Of a stretch of 64,000 bases of DNA, positions 52,701-64,000 are shown one piece after another (within the stretch, counting starts at the first letter, position 1; every line of letters starts with the position of its first letter). The notes under the pieces are model-generated. The model was not told the origin of the DNA, ran no database searches, and worked only from the letters and a program-made list of their open reading frames with translations. The position numbers and the translations under genes were made by a program. This DNA comes from Azolla caroliniana. Lineage: Eukaryota > Plantae > Polypodiophyta. The stretch is from positions 17,546,001-17,610,000 of the forward strand of contig JBHGNT010000014.1 of the NCBI GenBank assembly GCA_043228905.1, in the 5' to 3' direction.

Positions 52701-55700
52701 ATGTGGGTGGGGAAGAGGAGGTTGCCCCAGGATATCATATAGGACCTTTGCATATTCATGCCACACTAGAGGTGAGATCACTTGTGTGGTAGGTTGTCTC
52801 TCATTAAATATTTTCCATGCTCTTTTACTTTCTTGTCCTAGAAACAAGCGATACGTTGGAAGGTTGGTCTTGCTTGTTTGCGTGTATAAATGCCCCAAGT
52901 TACTTCAGTCTGCAAGCACCTCCTTGTAGCACAACATTCCTCATCATACCAACTATTTTGGATTACTCTATCAAGTTTGGGGGGATTGGCTGTTATGTAA
53001 GGAAAGGCATTTGTGGCTGCTTTATGCAATGATTTTAACAATCCTTGGGTAACTTCATCAAGGGGTGTGAAAGGATCCAAATCTAGCATGTCATTGTATA
53101 CTCCACAACCATAGATTGACATATTCGCATTCGTGGGGGTTACCAAATGAATGCATACGAATACGCATACAAATACGCATACGAATGCATGAAAAGCATT
53201 CGTAAATAATAATAAAAAGAATTCATAAACTCCCTCCTTTTTAGTTTCCTAGATATAAAAAAAGGGACTTCACAATAAAAAGGGTCTTGACACTACTAAA
53301 TTTTTATAATAAATGTAAAAATATGCGTTTTATTTTTAATAAATAAATAAAATAAAATAAAGGCTCATTAATTCCCCACTTTTTATTCTCCCAAATTTTA
53401 TGGATATTTTTATCTGACATCCAAAATGGAACTTCACACTAATCATATTTCTATAATAAATATAAAAATATTCCTTTTTATAATAAATAAAATAAAATAA
53501 AATAAAGGTTCATAAACTGCCCGTTTTTTATTTGAAACTATAAAGGAGACTTAATACTAATCATATTTTTATAATTTATTAGTGAATAATTATTCTTTTT
53601 TTAGTGAATTAAATATTGTTTTTTTATTTGTTTTTCAAAATATGAATTAATTATTTTTTATAAATATTTTGCAAAACGAATGGTTTTATAATATTCTTGG
53701 GGCCATTTTATATTCTCAAATATTGTGAATATCACGCATGGAGAATATCACGAATATCACACATGTGTGGATCTATGTCCACAACTACACGCATCAATTG
53801 TCTCACGAGTAGATCATACTTAGCCAACCCACTCTCCTTAGCATACACATCCCTTGTGCGTCCATCCTTAACCTCAAGATGTAGATATGCATGATACGCT
53901 GCCAAGCCAATAGATCTACCAGATATAGTGAACTCTCTTATTTCATGTATATGAAATGGTGATCCCATTAGATAATCAATTGTGCTTACACCTCCTTTGG
54001 GGTTCCAACATGTCAAAGCATCAGATCCAGGCCATTGTAATAATCCTTTGAGACATACAAATAGATTTTGCTATAATCTTCACAGGTAAAATATGATATA
54101 CGGGGCAAAAATGAAACCTTTTTCACATAGTATGTGTGGATTTGAGTAGTGACTCTTTCATGTTCAAGAATTTTACTCATGAGAGTTGTGATTGAGAAGG
54201 CATATTCTGAATATGACAGTAATATGCACTTACAAACAGATTACAGTCTATCAGCCTAAGACATGCTTCTCTATAACTGATCTTCGCTTTTCATACGACG
54301 TACAATGGTGCTCACACATAGTTCATGCATCCTCAGCACATCGTAGAGATGTCATTACCCACCTGGCCACATCCTCATTACATGGCTGTTGGTGGAGCTT
54401 GTTTATGCACTCCTCAGCCAATGGTAGTCTCTTAGAGCACACAACAATATCATGATATATTGTTCTTTAAGTAGCATATGTTGCCAGACTTCCATGCACA
54501 GTTTACAAACTACCTGTAGTCTGCAAGTGATATGCCTCAGGTGTGTGGGAAAAGGATGGTGTGGCTCACTCACAAGTCATGGTAATTTGAGCTAAGGAAA
54601 GCATTTTAGTTATGTCTGCAAAGTGATGACATTTGTTGGTTTATGCTTGTATAAACATCTAAATAGATGAACAGATGCATGCAATGTTTTTGTACAATAT
54701 TGTTGTATTTCCAAGCATGGATTCTTGGATAATTGTATTCATAGATTGACACATGCGTGATATTCTCCATGCGCGATATTCGTAATATTCATGAATACAA
54801 AATGGCCCCAAGAATATTATAAAACCATTTGTTTTGCAAAATAAATATAAAAAAAATTAATTCATTCATTTTTTTAATTAATAAATAAATAAATTCACTA
54901 AAAAAGGAACAATCATTCATTATATAAAAATATGATTAATGTTAACTCTCCTTTATAGTGTCAAATAAAAAAATAAAAAATGGGGGAGTTTATGAACCTT
55001 TATTTAATTTAATTAATTAATTAATTAATTTTAAAAAAACGAATATTTTTATATTTATTATAGAAATATGATTAGTGTGAAGTCTCATTTTTAATGTTAG
55101 ATAAAAATACCCATAAATTTTGGGAGAATAAAAAGTGAGGAATTAATGAACCTTTATTTTATTTTATTTTATTTATTAAAAATAAAACGAATACTTTTAC
55201 ATTTATCATAAAAATTTATTAGTGTCAAGTCCCTCTTTTATTGTCCCCTTTTTTATATTTTAGGAAACTAAAACGAAGGGAGTTCATGTACTCTTTTTTA
55301 TTTTTTTATTTTTTTTAAACGAATACTTGACCATGCATTCATATACGTATTCGTTTGCATTCAAATGGGAAACCTCACGAATGCGAATATGTCAATCTAT
55401 GATTGTATTCTATGGTCACCTACTCTACATGTGATTAGACTTAACCAATTTAGTTACATTATCTTTTTCATAATATGATTCACATAGATCACATTTTAAA
55501 ACTCATTGACTATAACACAATCTGGCTTTTAATACCTACTGATAACTTTTTTTTCTCTTTCCCCAGCAATGATAAAGTATAAATTCTATTCCTGTTTAGC
55601 CGCATATGAAGTTAAGATGTATGAGGCAATCATATCAAGATGATACCTAGAGCAATTGCACGAACTTTCTCAATGAATTCATCCCGGCTGGATATGTCAT

Positions 55701-58700
55701 TAAGCTCTATTCTTGACATCTATAGCCAAAGACGAGCAACGTCATTTTATGAGTATAAATGTAACACAACAAAATAAGGAAACTTTCTTACACTCAAAAT
55801 TGATGTTATAACTAATATTCAAATGTTAAATATTCTTCCAAAATCATGAATATGGACCCACGCTAGCATGCAAGACATCGCCTGTTCATTCTCTTTTGGT
55901 ATACACTATTGTCATTACCAACAAAACTCAATATCGTGATGTAGTACTTCCAAATTCAGATGAAACTACAAGCTTTAGACCATACATAAATACTGAATGT
56001 CACAACCAAAGCAGTCAATCATTAGACATCCCTACAACCTTTGTGCATCATTCTTAGACATTCAAGGAATGTCAATGTCCAAGCCCAAGGTATGTACATC
56101 TATATCCCTGGCAAGGGTTCACTGATCAAAAGAAATTTAAGGGCATGGGATTGAGTTAGCTGAAGCAATGAATCCAGTTTCCAAATTGTCCCCATGTAGA
56201 ATAACAAGACTAATGATTCCAAATGAGGGGCAGACTGCAATTCATCGGCAATTTCATTTCTTACTCTTAAGAACTGCTATGACGGCTTGTTTGGGAATCA
56301 ATAATAAACCTAAAATAATCAATTTAACAAGCATTCTTTAGTCTCTTTTTTTCTTATTTACTGAGTAACCTTTATTTTATTTTGATTTGTGGTTCTCAAA
56401 GACAAGACAACACTTAAAATGGAATCTCTTGTTTGGTCTTATAGGTCATTTGGCCTCTTAAAAGACGTTAATACATTTTCTTTCTTTCTTTTCTTTCTTT
56501 TACCAATTTCTACATACCAAGTCTTTCCCTTACTCAGTCTCCCCATATATTCAAATCTCCAATATCAACATACAAAGACTAATGTCTAGGATTCGAGTAT
56601 ACATATGCATGGCTATGACATTATTCCACACACCCCAACTCTACAAGAGTTAGCATTCTTTACACAAGGATTTATTGTGCCTTATGGATTTCAGAAAACT
56701 CTTCAACACTGTTGTGTTGCGCAGCTTATGCAGCAGGTAGACGCCCTTGGTGTCTATGGCTGTTCTTGTTAGAACTCGAGATACACGGTGAAGTTGGGAA
56801 ACTTTGTTTAGCCCCATCACTTCTACTCATGCTACAAGTCAATCAAGGGCTACATAAGTGGGTTCCCGACCAGGATATTGAAAAGGGGTTAAAATAGATC
56901 AGGCAATTGCAACTTGCCATGCACGTAGGGCCTTGTGGACCACAATTGCACTACACTTTTAAAGGACATTATCTCCCACCATCACAAGAGCTTTCCACAC
57001 GTCAACGGTCTCTCCATGTTGGATCAACCTATGCTAGAGATCTTTCAAAGAGAAAATTTTCAATTTACATGTATAGAGAACGAGATTCTTTAATCACATT
57101 CTTTTTTACTTAGTTACATGCATTTGGTAAACTGTTCTCGAAGATGAGACAATTTTAAGTTGTAATCTCTGCTTTGGTCTTAAAGGTAATTTTGGTCTCT
57201 TAAAAAGAAGCTAATGTATCTTTCTTTCTAATCCTATGCTTTCAATATTTTATCTTCATTTCATAGAATTGACATCTAGCTTACAAGAATATTTTGTGAA
57301 TGAAATATTAAAAGCGGTTCTAACATGCACTATTTTCAGTAAATAGCAAGAACCATTCCCTCATGTCTGAAATCACAATTTAGAATATCTCTAAACAGCA
57401 AAATTTATCAGCCCTCTTATCTATAGAAAAGCAATCTCACAATAAGCTTGACATCTTAGACTTCAGCATGCCTATTATTTTATAAATGAGTGGCCATGGT
57501 GTACTTGAATCCCTAAAACATAAAAATGTATTAATCAAAATTAACAAAAAACATTAAACCATTGACATGCCTGGAGACCCCCTGATATCAAGTGAAGATG
57601 TGAATCGATAAACCCAGGAACAACAAACCTCCCTTGCAAGTTTGCAAATTCCGTTTTTGGGCCAGCTCTTGCCTGGAATATATACATACATGAATAAAGT
57701 TTAATGACCAACAAGCATGTGACTGGCATTTTAGAACTTCTGAAACTCCAAATAAACTGTTGAAATATAAACAAGGTATGCTTCTTCATTCGCTAATGTC
57801 AAAAATTTTGACCAGTGGCCTTTCCAATTTTCTTTGGTCTCATATCTCTGGTCCATACAAGAGGGTGGTGGGTTAAGGCCACATATTGAACAAACATAAT
57901 TTGTTCGGGCCCTTGGAACTGCATAAAAGCATACATCTCTACACAAAAAACATGTAGAATATCTAGATGTTTCTATAGACCTATTGGAGAATTTGAGATC
58001 AGGACAATATCATCCACATATAGAATTATAGGCATTAATACTGCAACTAGGCTTGCCGCATCCTATCTATGTATTACTTAAAATTGTGGGTGACATCATC
58101 ATAATTAAAAAACCTTGTTTGATTACTCATTGATGTAAAAGGACTAAATCTACAGAGTTCTAAATACATCCCCAGGTTAATTTATGTTGCATTGTACACA
58201 TACTTTTTCGATGCCATTCTTTACATATGTAGTTCAACACATATGCCATTACAGATGATTATATATGGCAGGTTTCAAACAGGAACATACTTACAATGAT
58301 CTCATCATCACATCCTACACAACATAACTATGAAACGCATAACTGGAGTTCATTACACAGAAGGTTCCATATCATATATTTCATCATTGGCTTCATCTTG
58401 ATAAATTAAGACACATATTTTCATTACTCAAAAAATCTAAAGATATAGATTGTTTCTATATTGATTTCTAAATGTATCCCCAAGTTCACACTATATAATA
58501 TCTATCTTTTCTGTGTTACACATACTTTACACATCATAGAGTATATTCTATTTATATATGTCCATCTCTGTGATGTAGATACCATGTACAGTGCATTTCT
58601 ATAAATAGATCAACAGATACATCATTTTAATCACCATAGTTCTTTACATATGTTCCACAAATTCTCACCGTAAAATGTTATCTTGCATGTGTTACACATT

Positions 58701-59963
58701 ATTTTGAAATCATACACAGTTCATCTATATATGCCCAACTCTATAATATCAATACACATATATGCATAATATATGTAGTCCATCTCCCATATAGTTCATC
58801 AATGTGCATTCAAACAAAGATACATCATTTCAGCTGGTTATATATGGCAGGATTCAAATAGGAAAAAGCTATAAGTGACCTCAGCACAACATTTGAGGAG
58901 GAAAAAATGATAATGATACAAAAACAGATAACCTGAACTTCAGAAGAGGAACCGATTTGAACAATGCGGCCTTTCCTAATGGCCATGGCTTCTGCAAATG
59001 GTAAGGTCACATCACATGTGAAAATAGTGGCATTTGAGAAGATCACATCTGCAACTGTTCATGAATTTACTCATTCAGTGATAACTGTAAAGAAATTTAG
59101 AGGTCAAACTGAACTAAAATTTATAATAAAACTTTACGCCTTCACGTTTGGAAAATGCTAACAAAATCGATCAATTCATTTAAGAGTTTATCAAAGATAT
59201 TTTTGCATTAAGAAAAACCTAGCCTTCACATCTTCCTCATGAAATTAATCAATCCGATTATGATTTTATCAAAGAAAATTTGCTTTACAATATCTAAAAT
59301 CTGAATTAAAATTTTTGAACCAAAAGTTGCATTTTAAACCTTACCTTTACATCTGCAACTACTCATGAAATTAACTGATTCATTTATGAGTTTACCAAAA
59401 AATGATTTTTCTAGTATTTGCACAAAAGTTTTGAGATAAACATTTGCATTAAAACCTCACACATTCATATCGTCAACTGCCCATGAAATAAATTGATTCA
59501 ATTGTGATGTTATTAAAAAGGATTCACAACACAAATCCTTAATTTTTGAACCAGAATTTGTATTAAAATAACTCACTTAATTGAAAAGAAATTCGAGCAA
59601 ATTTTTTTGTCTTAATTCTGAATTCATAAAAAACTCACCTTCACATCTACAAACTTATCATTAATCGTTTTTTTAACCATATGTTGCACTAGAATTTGAA
59701 TTCAACCATGGAACTATATATTGTACTACAATATCTTTTTTTTAAACCTGAAATAGGGTGACCTAACACATTTTGACCTAAAATAGGATGACGTAAAACA
59801 CTTTTTCCCTGAATTTTGAGCATTGAAAAAAAAAAAACCTACCTTCTTCTGAGGTAATGGGGACTTCAAGGAAGACGGAGAAGAAGCCATACATGATAAC
59901 AGAAACAAATGCAGGGAAAAGAACTCGAAAGGAAAGAAGCTGCAATTTCATTGCCATTACCAT
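37730..59963 (-). CDS. LAF3: LONG AFTER FAR-RED 3-like amidohydrolase (Amidohydro_3/YtcJ family), 15 exons, 573 aa
   Basis: Exons: 59843-59963, 58933-59054, 57571-57672, 55647-55719, 48724-48830, 48471-48594, 47899-48093, 47530-47615, 45940-46044, 39247-39342, 39071-39169, 38831-38905, 38299-38430, 38047-38162, 37730-37898. Phases are consistent and the CDS totals 1722 nt. Motifs: PGFIDSHLH, RIDGHMGLANS, KTFADGSLGS, AIHAIGD, RIEHAQH, FGSDWPV, GKFADFVVL. There is an N-terminal hydrophobic segment. The exact start ATG is uncertain (59963/59957/59951). Confidence 0.92.
39990..41075 (-). mobile_element. 5'-truncated RTE-family LINE (3' end with (TTTC)n tail) in LAF3 intron 9
   Basis: Colinear with 50222-51050 (CHQGVQSEE, QGFFGPLRKV...); ends in the family tail ...TTAATATATCTTTCTTTCTTT. 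Confidence 0.8.
41078..41396 (+). mobile_element. Short 3'-end copy of the same RTE family, head-to-head with the previous copy
   Basis: GGCCATTATCTC...GATCGACCTATGCTAGAGATCTTTC...GGTCTTATAGGCCATTTTGGCCTCTTAAAAGAC..TAATATATCTTTCTTTC. Confidence 0.8.
42433..43561 (+). mobile_element. Internally deleted Ty3/gypsy chromovirus in LAF3 intron 9: 5' LTR stub, integrase GPF, chromodomain, PPT, 3' LTR
   Basis: 42433-42524 repeats 42979-43069. ORF KLAPRFCGPF...IHPVFHVSHLK...PERILD...IKW...DATWE; PPT AAGAGGGGGAGTA at 42966-42978. The 3' end and TSD are uncertain. Confidence 0.85.
43745..44299 (+). mobile_element. Diverged LTR-like segment related to the LTR at 42979-43561
   Basis: Shares the TATA-CTAGCTACC block and the GGTACGACTCG...GGTATGGGAC...GGGGGTGGTCGGGTGG module; no TSD found. 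Confidence 0.55.
44303..45325 (-). mobile_element. RTE-type LINE reverse transcriptase fragment
   Basis: Colinear with 51445-52780 (WHEYA.VLYDILGQ.PLP.PHGS, DYILTLQAL, KQGCP, degenerate YADD region). Confidence 0.8.
49797..50220 (-). mobile_element. Older, diverged 3'-end copy of the RTE family
   Basis: AGAAAGAAATATATATTAACATC...AAAATGGCTAATAAGA...GGCAATGGCCTTTAT...TCAAGAACCCAC, matching 39990-40400. Confidence 0.7.
51700..51997 (+). mobile_element. Short RTE 3'-end copy inserted into the RT of the long RTE
   Basis: Near-identical to 41100-41396. It splits DDVSHYR|ERFGGSGA at a TCTCT tract. Confidence 0.82.
53110..53777. mobile_element. hAT-type MITE, copy 1
   Basis: Ends CATAGATTGACA...TGTGGATCTATG, perfect 8-bp TSD TCCACAAC (53102-53109 and 53778-53785), AT-rich and non-coding. 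Confidence 0.9.
54740..55401. mobile_element. hAT-type MITE, copy 2 (inverted relative to copy 1)
   Basis: Perfect 12-bp TIR CATAGATTGACA/TGTCAATCTATG and 8-bp TSD ATTGTATT (54732-54739 and 55402-55409); reverse-complement homologous to copy 1. Confidence 0.92.
56335..57228 (+). mobile_element. Two further RTE 3'-end copies (~56335-56500 and ~56890-57228) in LAF3 intron 3
   Basis: Both end in the GGTCTTA..GG..ATTT.GG.CTCTTAAAA...TCTTTCTTTC family tail. Confidence 0.72.
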
Positions 59964-60036
59964 CAACAAGAAGAACGGAAAGACAGTGTTTCCCTCTCTC
60001 TTTACTCCTATAGAAGAGAAATGAGATTTTCTTCTG

Positions 60037-60230
60037 CTTTTGGCTTTTGGCTTTTGCGTTTTATTGTTTGCTTTTTGCTTTTCTCTTTTATCTTTGGCCT
60101 TCTTGTTTTTTTGCCTTTTGCTTTATACTTTTGGGCTTTTGCTTTATACTTTTGGGCTTTTGCTTTTGGCTTTTGGATTCTGGCTTGACTTTTCGGCTTT
60201 TGCTTTTTGCTTTCTGCTCTTTGAAAGCTT
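60037..60230. repeat. Degenerate (CTTTTG)n array immediately upstream of LAF3
   Basis: GCTTTT/GGCTTTT units over ~190 bp. Confidence 0.88.
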
Positions 60231-61949
60231 TTTCACCAACTGCATTCTCATCCCCAAATGCCCCTCCGTCAACCCCAACCCGAGAGGGAGAAGAGCCGAT
60301 GGATTGAACTGATGATTCTATCATTGCTCACGTTTTGCATGTTTCCTTGGCCCAAGACCAGGTCAGATCGAGGCAATGAAAACCTAGGTGGAACTACTGA
60401 TGTATGAGGAAATAATGAAAACTTTTGGGGTATTTCCCTTGTTCCTTTTAACGCTTTTTTCTAGCCTTTGAAGGATAATATTAACGTACTGCAGTTATAC
60501 TAACTTGACACGACAAATATTGTTGATGAGGAAGTCTTTTGAGTGACCTCAGAGAGCTTCCCATGATATCATAGGATTCCACGACCATCTTGGCTTTTTT
60601 AGACAACGGACATGTGGAAGCCATAATTAGGTAGTCTTGGGTAAAATTGCGTGATCATCTAGGCGATGATAGTGCATGGGAGTATTATGTATATTACTCT
60701 GTTCTATAAGCACAATTCCATCAAGTTTCATTTTTGAGAATGAAAACATTTTTTAAGGGGTCATGTTACAACACTCATGTCGTCATAATAGCGTTTGGAA
60801 GGACTTGTTTTCAAACTAGGATTCAAGAAGTGTGAGAATGTGGTCATGTTGTCGTCAACACACAATGTGTACCAATACACAAAACAATGTGATTTATTGA
60901 CGTAGACTTACGAACATCGGTCAAAGAAGACTAGTCGGGTGACACATGTACACATTTTGATACATGTAACATTGTTAAAATCATTGAATTCACACTTAGG
61001 ATTAGTGACAAATAAAAAACGCATGCATATTAGGGTTCTATTAATCTACTTTCTAGTTGGGTTATCAATCTAATTACTATTTGAGTTTTCTACAATCCTA
61101 TATTTGTGCTTTGTAATCAACATATTCTAACAAATTAACTAATTACCTCATATATTTCGTTATCAACTCTTTTCTTCTTCTTCTTATTATTATTTTATTT
61201 TATTTTTAAAGTCAAGATTAACCGTGGTATTAATGAAAAGATGCCCAAAGTCTACAAAGTATCCATACAATCTATTACTACCCTCCTACACACATGAATC
61301 GACATGTCTAGTAGCGGAAACCGTCATGCATGGTCTTTTCAAGATAGGGGGCGGAAAAAACCATCTTGGTGGAGCATATCTCCATTTTATTCTGTCCCCA
61401 AAATAGGTGAAGACCTCTACCTTTTTCCAAATTTCTCAAAATTGTTGTTGCTTGCGAAACACAACATCAAGGCTCACCATGTATTGCCTCATATTGACCT
61501 CTTTTCTTATTAATTACTACTTATTCTCTAAAATTATTCAAGTTTTATGTTCATCCTTTTTATCTTTCCTTGAGTATCCACCCCTTGCTCAAGAACCCCA
61601 ACAATTCCACCTATGCACACATGATTTGTAGTGAAAGACGATATTCACAACATATTTGGTGTCCCAAGTGTGGGTGGGTGTCAAAGAGATGAGATATTCT
61701 CAATGATGGTTATGTTCGAGAGGATGCTTCATGAAGGGATTCATGAGACAATGTGGATTTCTTGCTTTAGAGGGGTCGTGATTAACAACTTGTAATTTTG
61801 AATTCAAGAACTCCAAAAATGCAAGAATACATGGGTAAACTTTGAGCATATGACTTCAACATCTGAAATGATGACCCATAAATGACACAACACATATTCG
61901 TCAATTGGGTCGAATCAATGTGTCATTGACATCAACCATATGGGCACTC

Positions 61950-62165
61950 TAACCTTTACCAATTCTCGATGGTGGTCAATGGAAGTCAATCTCATTGAAT
62001 TTCATTACCGATATTCCATCTGCCAAAGGTTTTGACATCATTGTCACTGTTGTGCATCGGTTTACTAAGATGACACATTTCCTTCCATGCATAGAGACTA
62101 TCAACAATAAAGAGACAACAATTCTTGTTATGCATGAAGGATTTGGACATCATGGCCTTCCCAAT
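61950..62165 (+). mobile_element. Gypsy integrase core fragment
   Basis: NFITDIPSAKGFDIIVTVVHRFTKMTHFLPC...HHGLP corresponds to the DF(I)T.LP...VVDRF.K..HF motif. Confidence 0.8.
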
Positions 62166-62166
62166 G

Positions 62167-63763
62167 TCATGAAGAGACTATGTACCCCAAAAATTCCACT
62201 TGACACTGGTCGAAACTACACTTCTCCAATTTTGCATAGAGACCATATTCTCGTAACCATTGCAAAACTTGGCGAACATGTATCTCATGCTCCTCTTGAG
62301 TTTTTGAGTAGATCAAGATATCATCCAAGTAAACTATGATGAAGATATCGAGGAAGTCTCGAAAAATGTCATTCGCCATATGTTGGAAAACTGCTGGTGC
62401 ATTCGTGAGACCAAATGACATCACTGTATATTCAAAATGACCATAGCGAGTGCGGAATGCGGTCTTCCATTCATCCCAGGACGAATTCGAACAAGGTTGT
62501 AGGCACCTCGAAGATCTAACTTCCTGAAATACTTTGCTCCACTAAGGCATTCTAGAAGGCTTGAGATCAATGGTAGAGCATATCGGTTTCTAATAGTCAC
62601 TTTATTCAAGCCCCGATAATCCACGACCATACGAAACGTACCATCTTTCTTCTTAACGAAAAAGATGGGTGCACCAGCAAGAGATCTTGAATGTTGGATA
62701 AAACCATTTGCCAGGTTCTCATCTATATATTCTCGAAGAACCTCTAACTCCGTGGGCGAAAGGTTATAAATTGGCCCCCATGGAGGCTCTTTTCTTGGCT
62801 GCAAATCAATTGGGCAATCATAGGGTCGATGCTCTAGTAATCTATTAGCCTTCACCTTATCGAACACATCGGAGAATTCTATGTACTTCTTTGGTAATTG
62901 GACCCCCAATTCTTGTGAGCTAGATGAGGGAGTTGCTAAAACCGCAAACACTATCATGTCTTCCTTCCTTCCATCCTCTCATAACTGATGTATAGAGATT
63001 GTTGAAATCATGTGGGATCCTAGATCCTTTGTTGGAGTTTCAAGAGACTCGGACTGTACTATGACCTCTTCAATAGTTCTTTTTCTCCAATCAATAGTTG
63101 GGTTATGTAACTCAAACTAAGGAAGGCCAAGAACTAAAGAGTGCTCTGGACTACTAATGATGTTGAATGAGATGATACTAGCCAAATTACCTAGGACTAC
63201 ACAAATTGATTCAGACTCTTCGACTATATCACCTGATGCTATAGGGCGACCATCGATGACTCCTACATCTACTAGGTTCGGGAGCTTGTTCAAGATGATG
63301 TTTTGGGTCAATGCAAACAAGAATTGGCTCCAGAATCTAGGAGGGCAAAGGCTAGGACTCGATTACCTGTAGATGTGCTAAGCTTGACTTGTGCAGAAAA
63401 AACTCTACTAACTTGATTTGATGAAATGGAACCACAACTAGGTACAGACTCTACATATCTAGGATGGTCCAACCAAATGGCTCCTATTTTGGCCGGACTT
63501 ATTCGTTTAACACATCCTCTAATTGGCTCAAGACATCAAATCTATTCTCATGGCATGGGTTATTAGGCTTAGTAGTTAAGTTATTAAAAGTGATAGTAGA
63601 ACTCATGGTAGGGTTGTCATGTGCACTTACTTGGTAAACTTGTCGTCTGGGTTTATGTGGACAATTCACAACAATATGTCCTGGACCACCACAATAGAGG
63701 CATAGGTGATGTGGCCGACGTCGTTGTTTCTCAGCATCTGATAAAGGCCCTCGACGTTGTGTT
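62167..63763 (-). mobile_element. Ty3/gypsy chromovirus (Tcn1-like) gag knuckle-protease-RT, decayed
   Basis: RGPLSDAEKQR..LCLYCGGPGHIVVNC; protease region (LVLGLP); RT motifs [52 protein letters not shown]. Confidence 0.9.
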
Positions 63764-64000
63764 TGTTAGGAAACAGGTCCCTCCGGATGGGAAGGGAGAA
63801 AAACAGTACTGATGAGCAAACTCGGTCGAGGCCGATAGGCCGAGGCCGAAACCAGATGTGGAAGACCCAGCTACGGAAGACCCGATGAGAACCGGATGAC
63901 GAGTACCCGGCAAGAGCCGGATGGTGAAGACCCGGCGCGAAACCAGATGAAGAGTACCCGGCTACAGAAGACCCGGTGAGAACCGAATGACGGCAACCCC
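63764..64000. mobile_element. Start of a GC-rich, internally repetitive insertion (probable LTR) interrupting the gypsy gag; runs off the window
   Basis: Abrupt switch at TGTTAGG; short repeats GAAACCAGATG, GAAGACCC, GAGTACCCGGC and GAGAACCG. Confidence 0.45.

Larger units (their letters stand above)
50222..54060 (-). mobile_element. Long RTE-clade LINE (APE C-terminus, RT, C-terminal Cys/His region), decayed, with two nested insertions, in LAF3 intron 4
   Basis: STIDYLM..HAYL (APE end), IVPILKSGD..NNYRTI, QAGF, FVDFRKAF, GVKQGCLLSPTLF, LYADDIVL, INMDKTKVMVF, CHQGVESEEHYFCHC; (TTTC)n tail at 50222. Confidence 0.88.

Noticed and set aside
53110-55401. Single foldback/Mutator element with 660-bp TIRs
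   Set aside because: Each arm has its own TIRs and a different 8-bp TSD, so these are two MITEs.
60040-60324. Hydrophobic and Lys/Gln-rich ORFs upstream of LAF3
   Set aside because: Translations of the (CTTTTG)n repeat.
63775-63860. Hammerhead ribozyme/retrozyme candidate (CTGATGAG...CGAAAC with an upstream GTC)
   Set aside because: Only the first base pair of stem II forms, and no stem I pairs next to CTGATGA. GAAACCAGATG is simply one of the local repeat units.

Overview
AT-rich nuclear DNA from a land plant. The PLS-PPR style and the Tcn1-like chromoviruses suggest a fern or lycophyte, but that is inference. I reconstructed four host genes by hand. (1) The last two exons of phosphoribosylglycinamide formyltransferase (PUR3/purN, +, 1-1141). 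(2) An intronless PLS-E class PPR gene (+, 4090-5895). (3) A 6-exon MSR1-like O-fucosyltransferase-family gene (-, 6913-11499, 423 aa). (4) A 15-exon LAF3-like amidohydrolase gene (-, 37730-59963, 573 aa) with one GC-AG intron and two TE-filled introns of about 6.6-6.8 kb. Much of the rest is transposon-derived. A decayed Ty1/copia element (14494-26128) hosts a younger full-length copia on the opposite strand and a solo LTR of that younger family. There are also chromovirus fragments, many RTE-LINE pieces, L1 remnants, and two hAT MITEs inserted in inverted orientation. The most unusual observations are a covarying two-hairpin module shared by two diverged LTRs, a ~210-codon extension beyond RNase H between duplicated PPTs in the young copia, a tRNA-like cassette inside a chromovirus LTR, and an array of acceptor/micro-exon/donor units in LAF3 intron 1. 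None is proven novel without database searches. All coordinates were read by eye.
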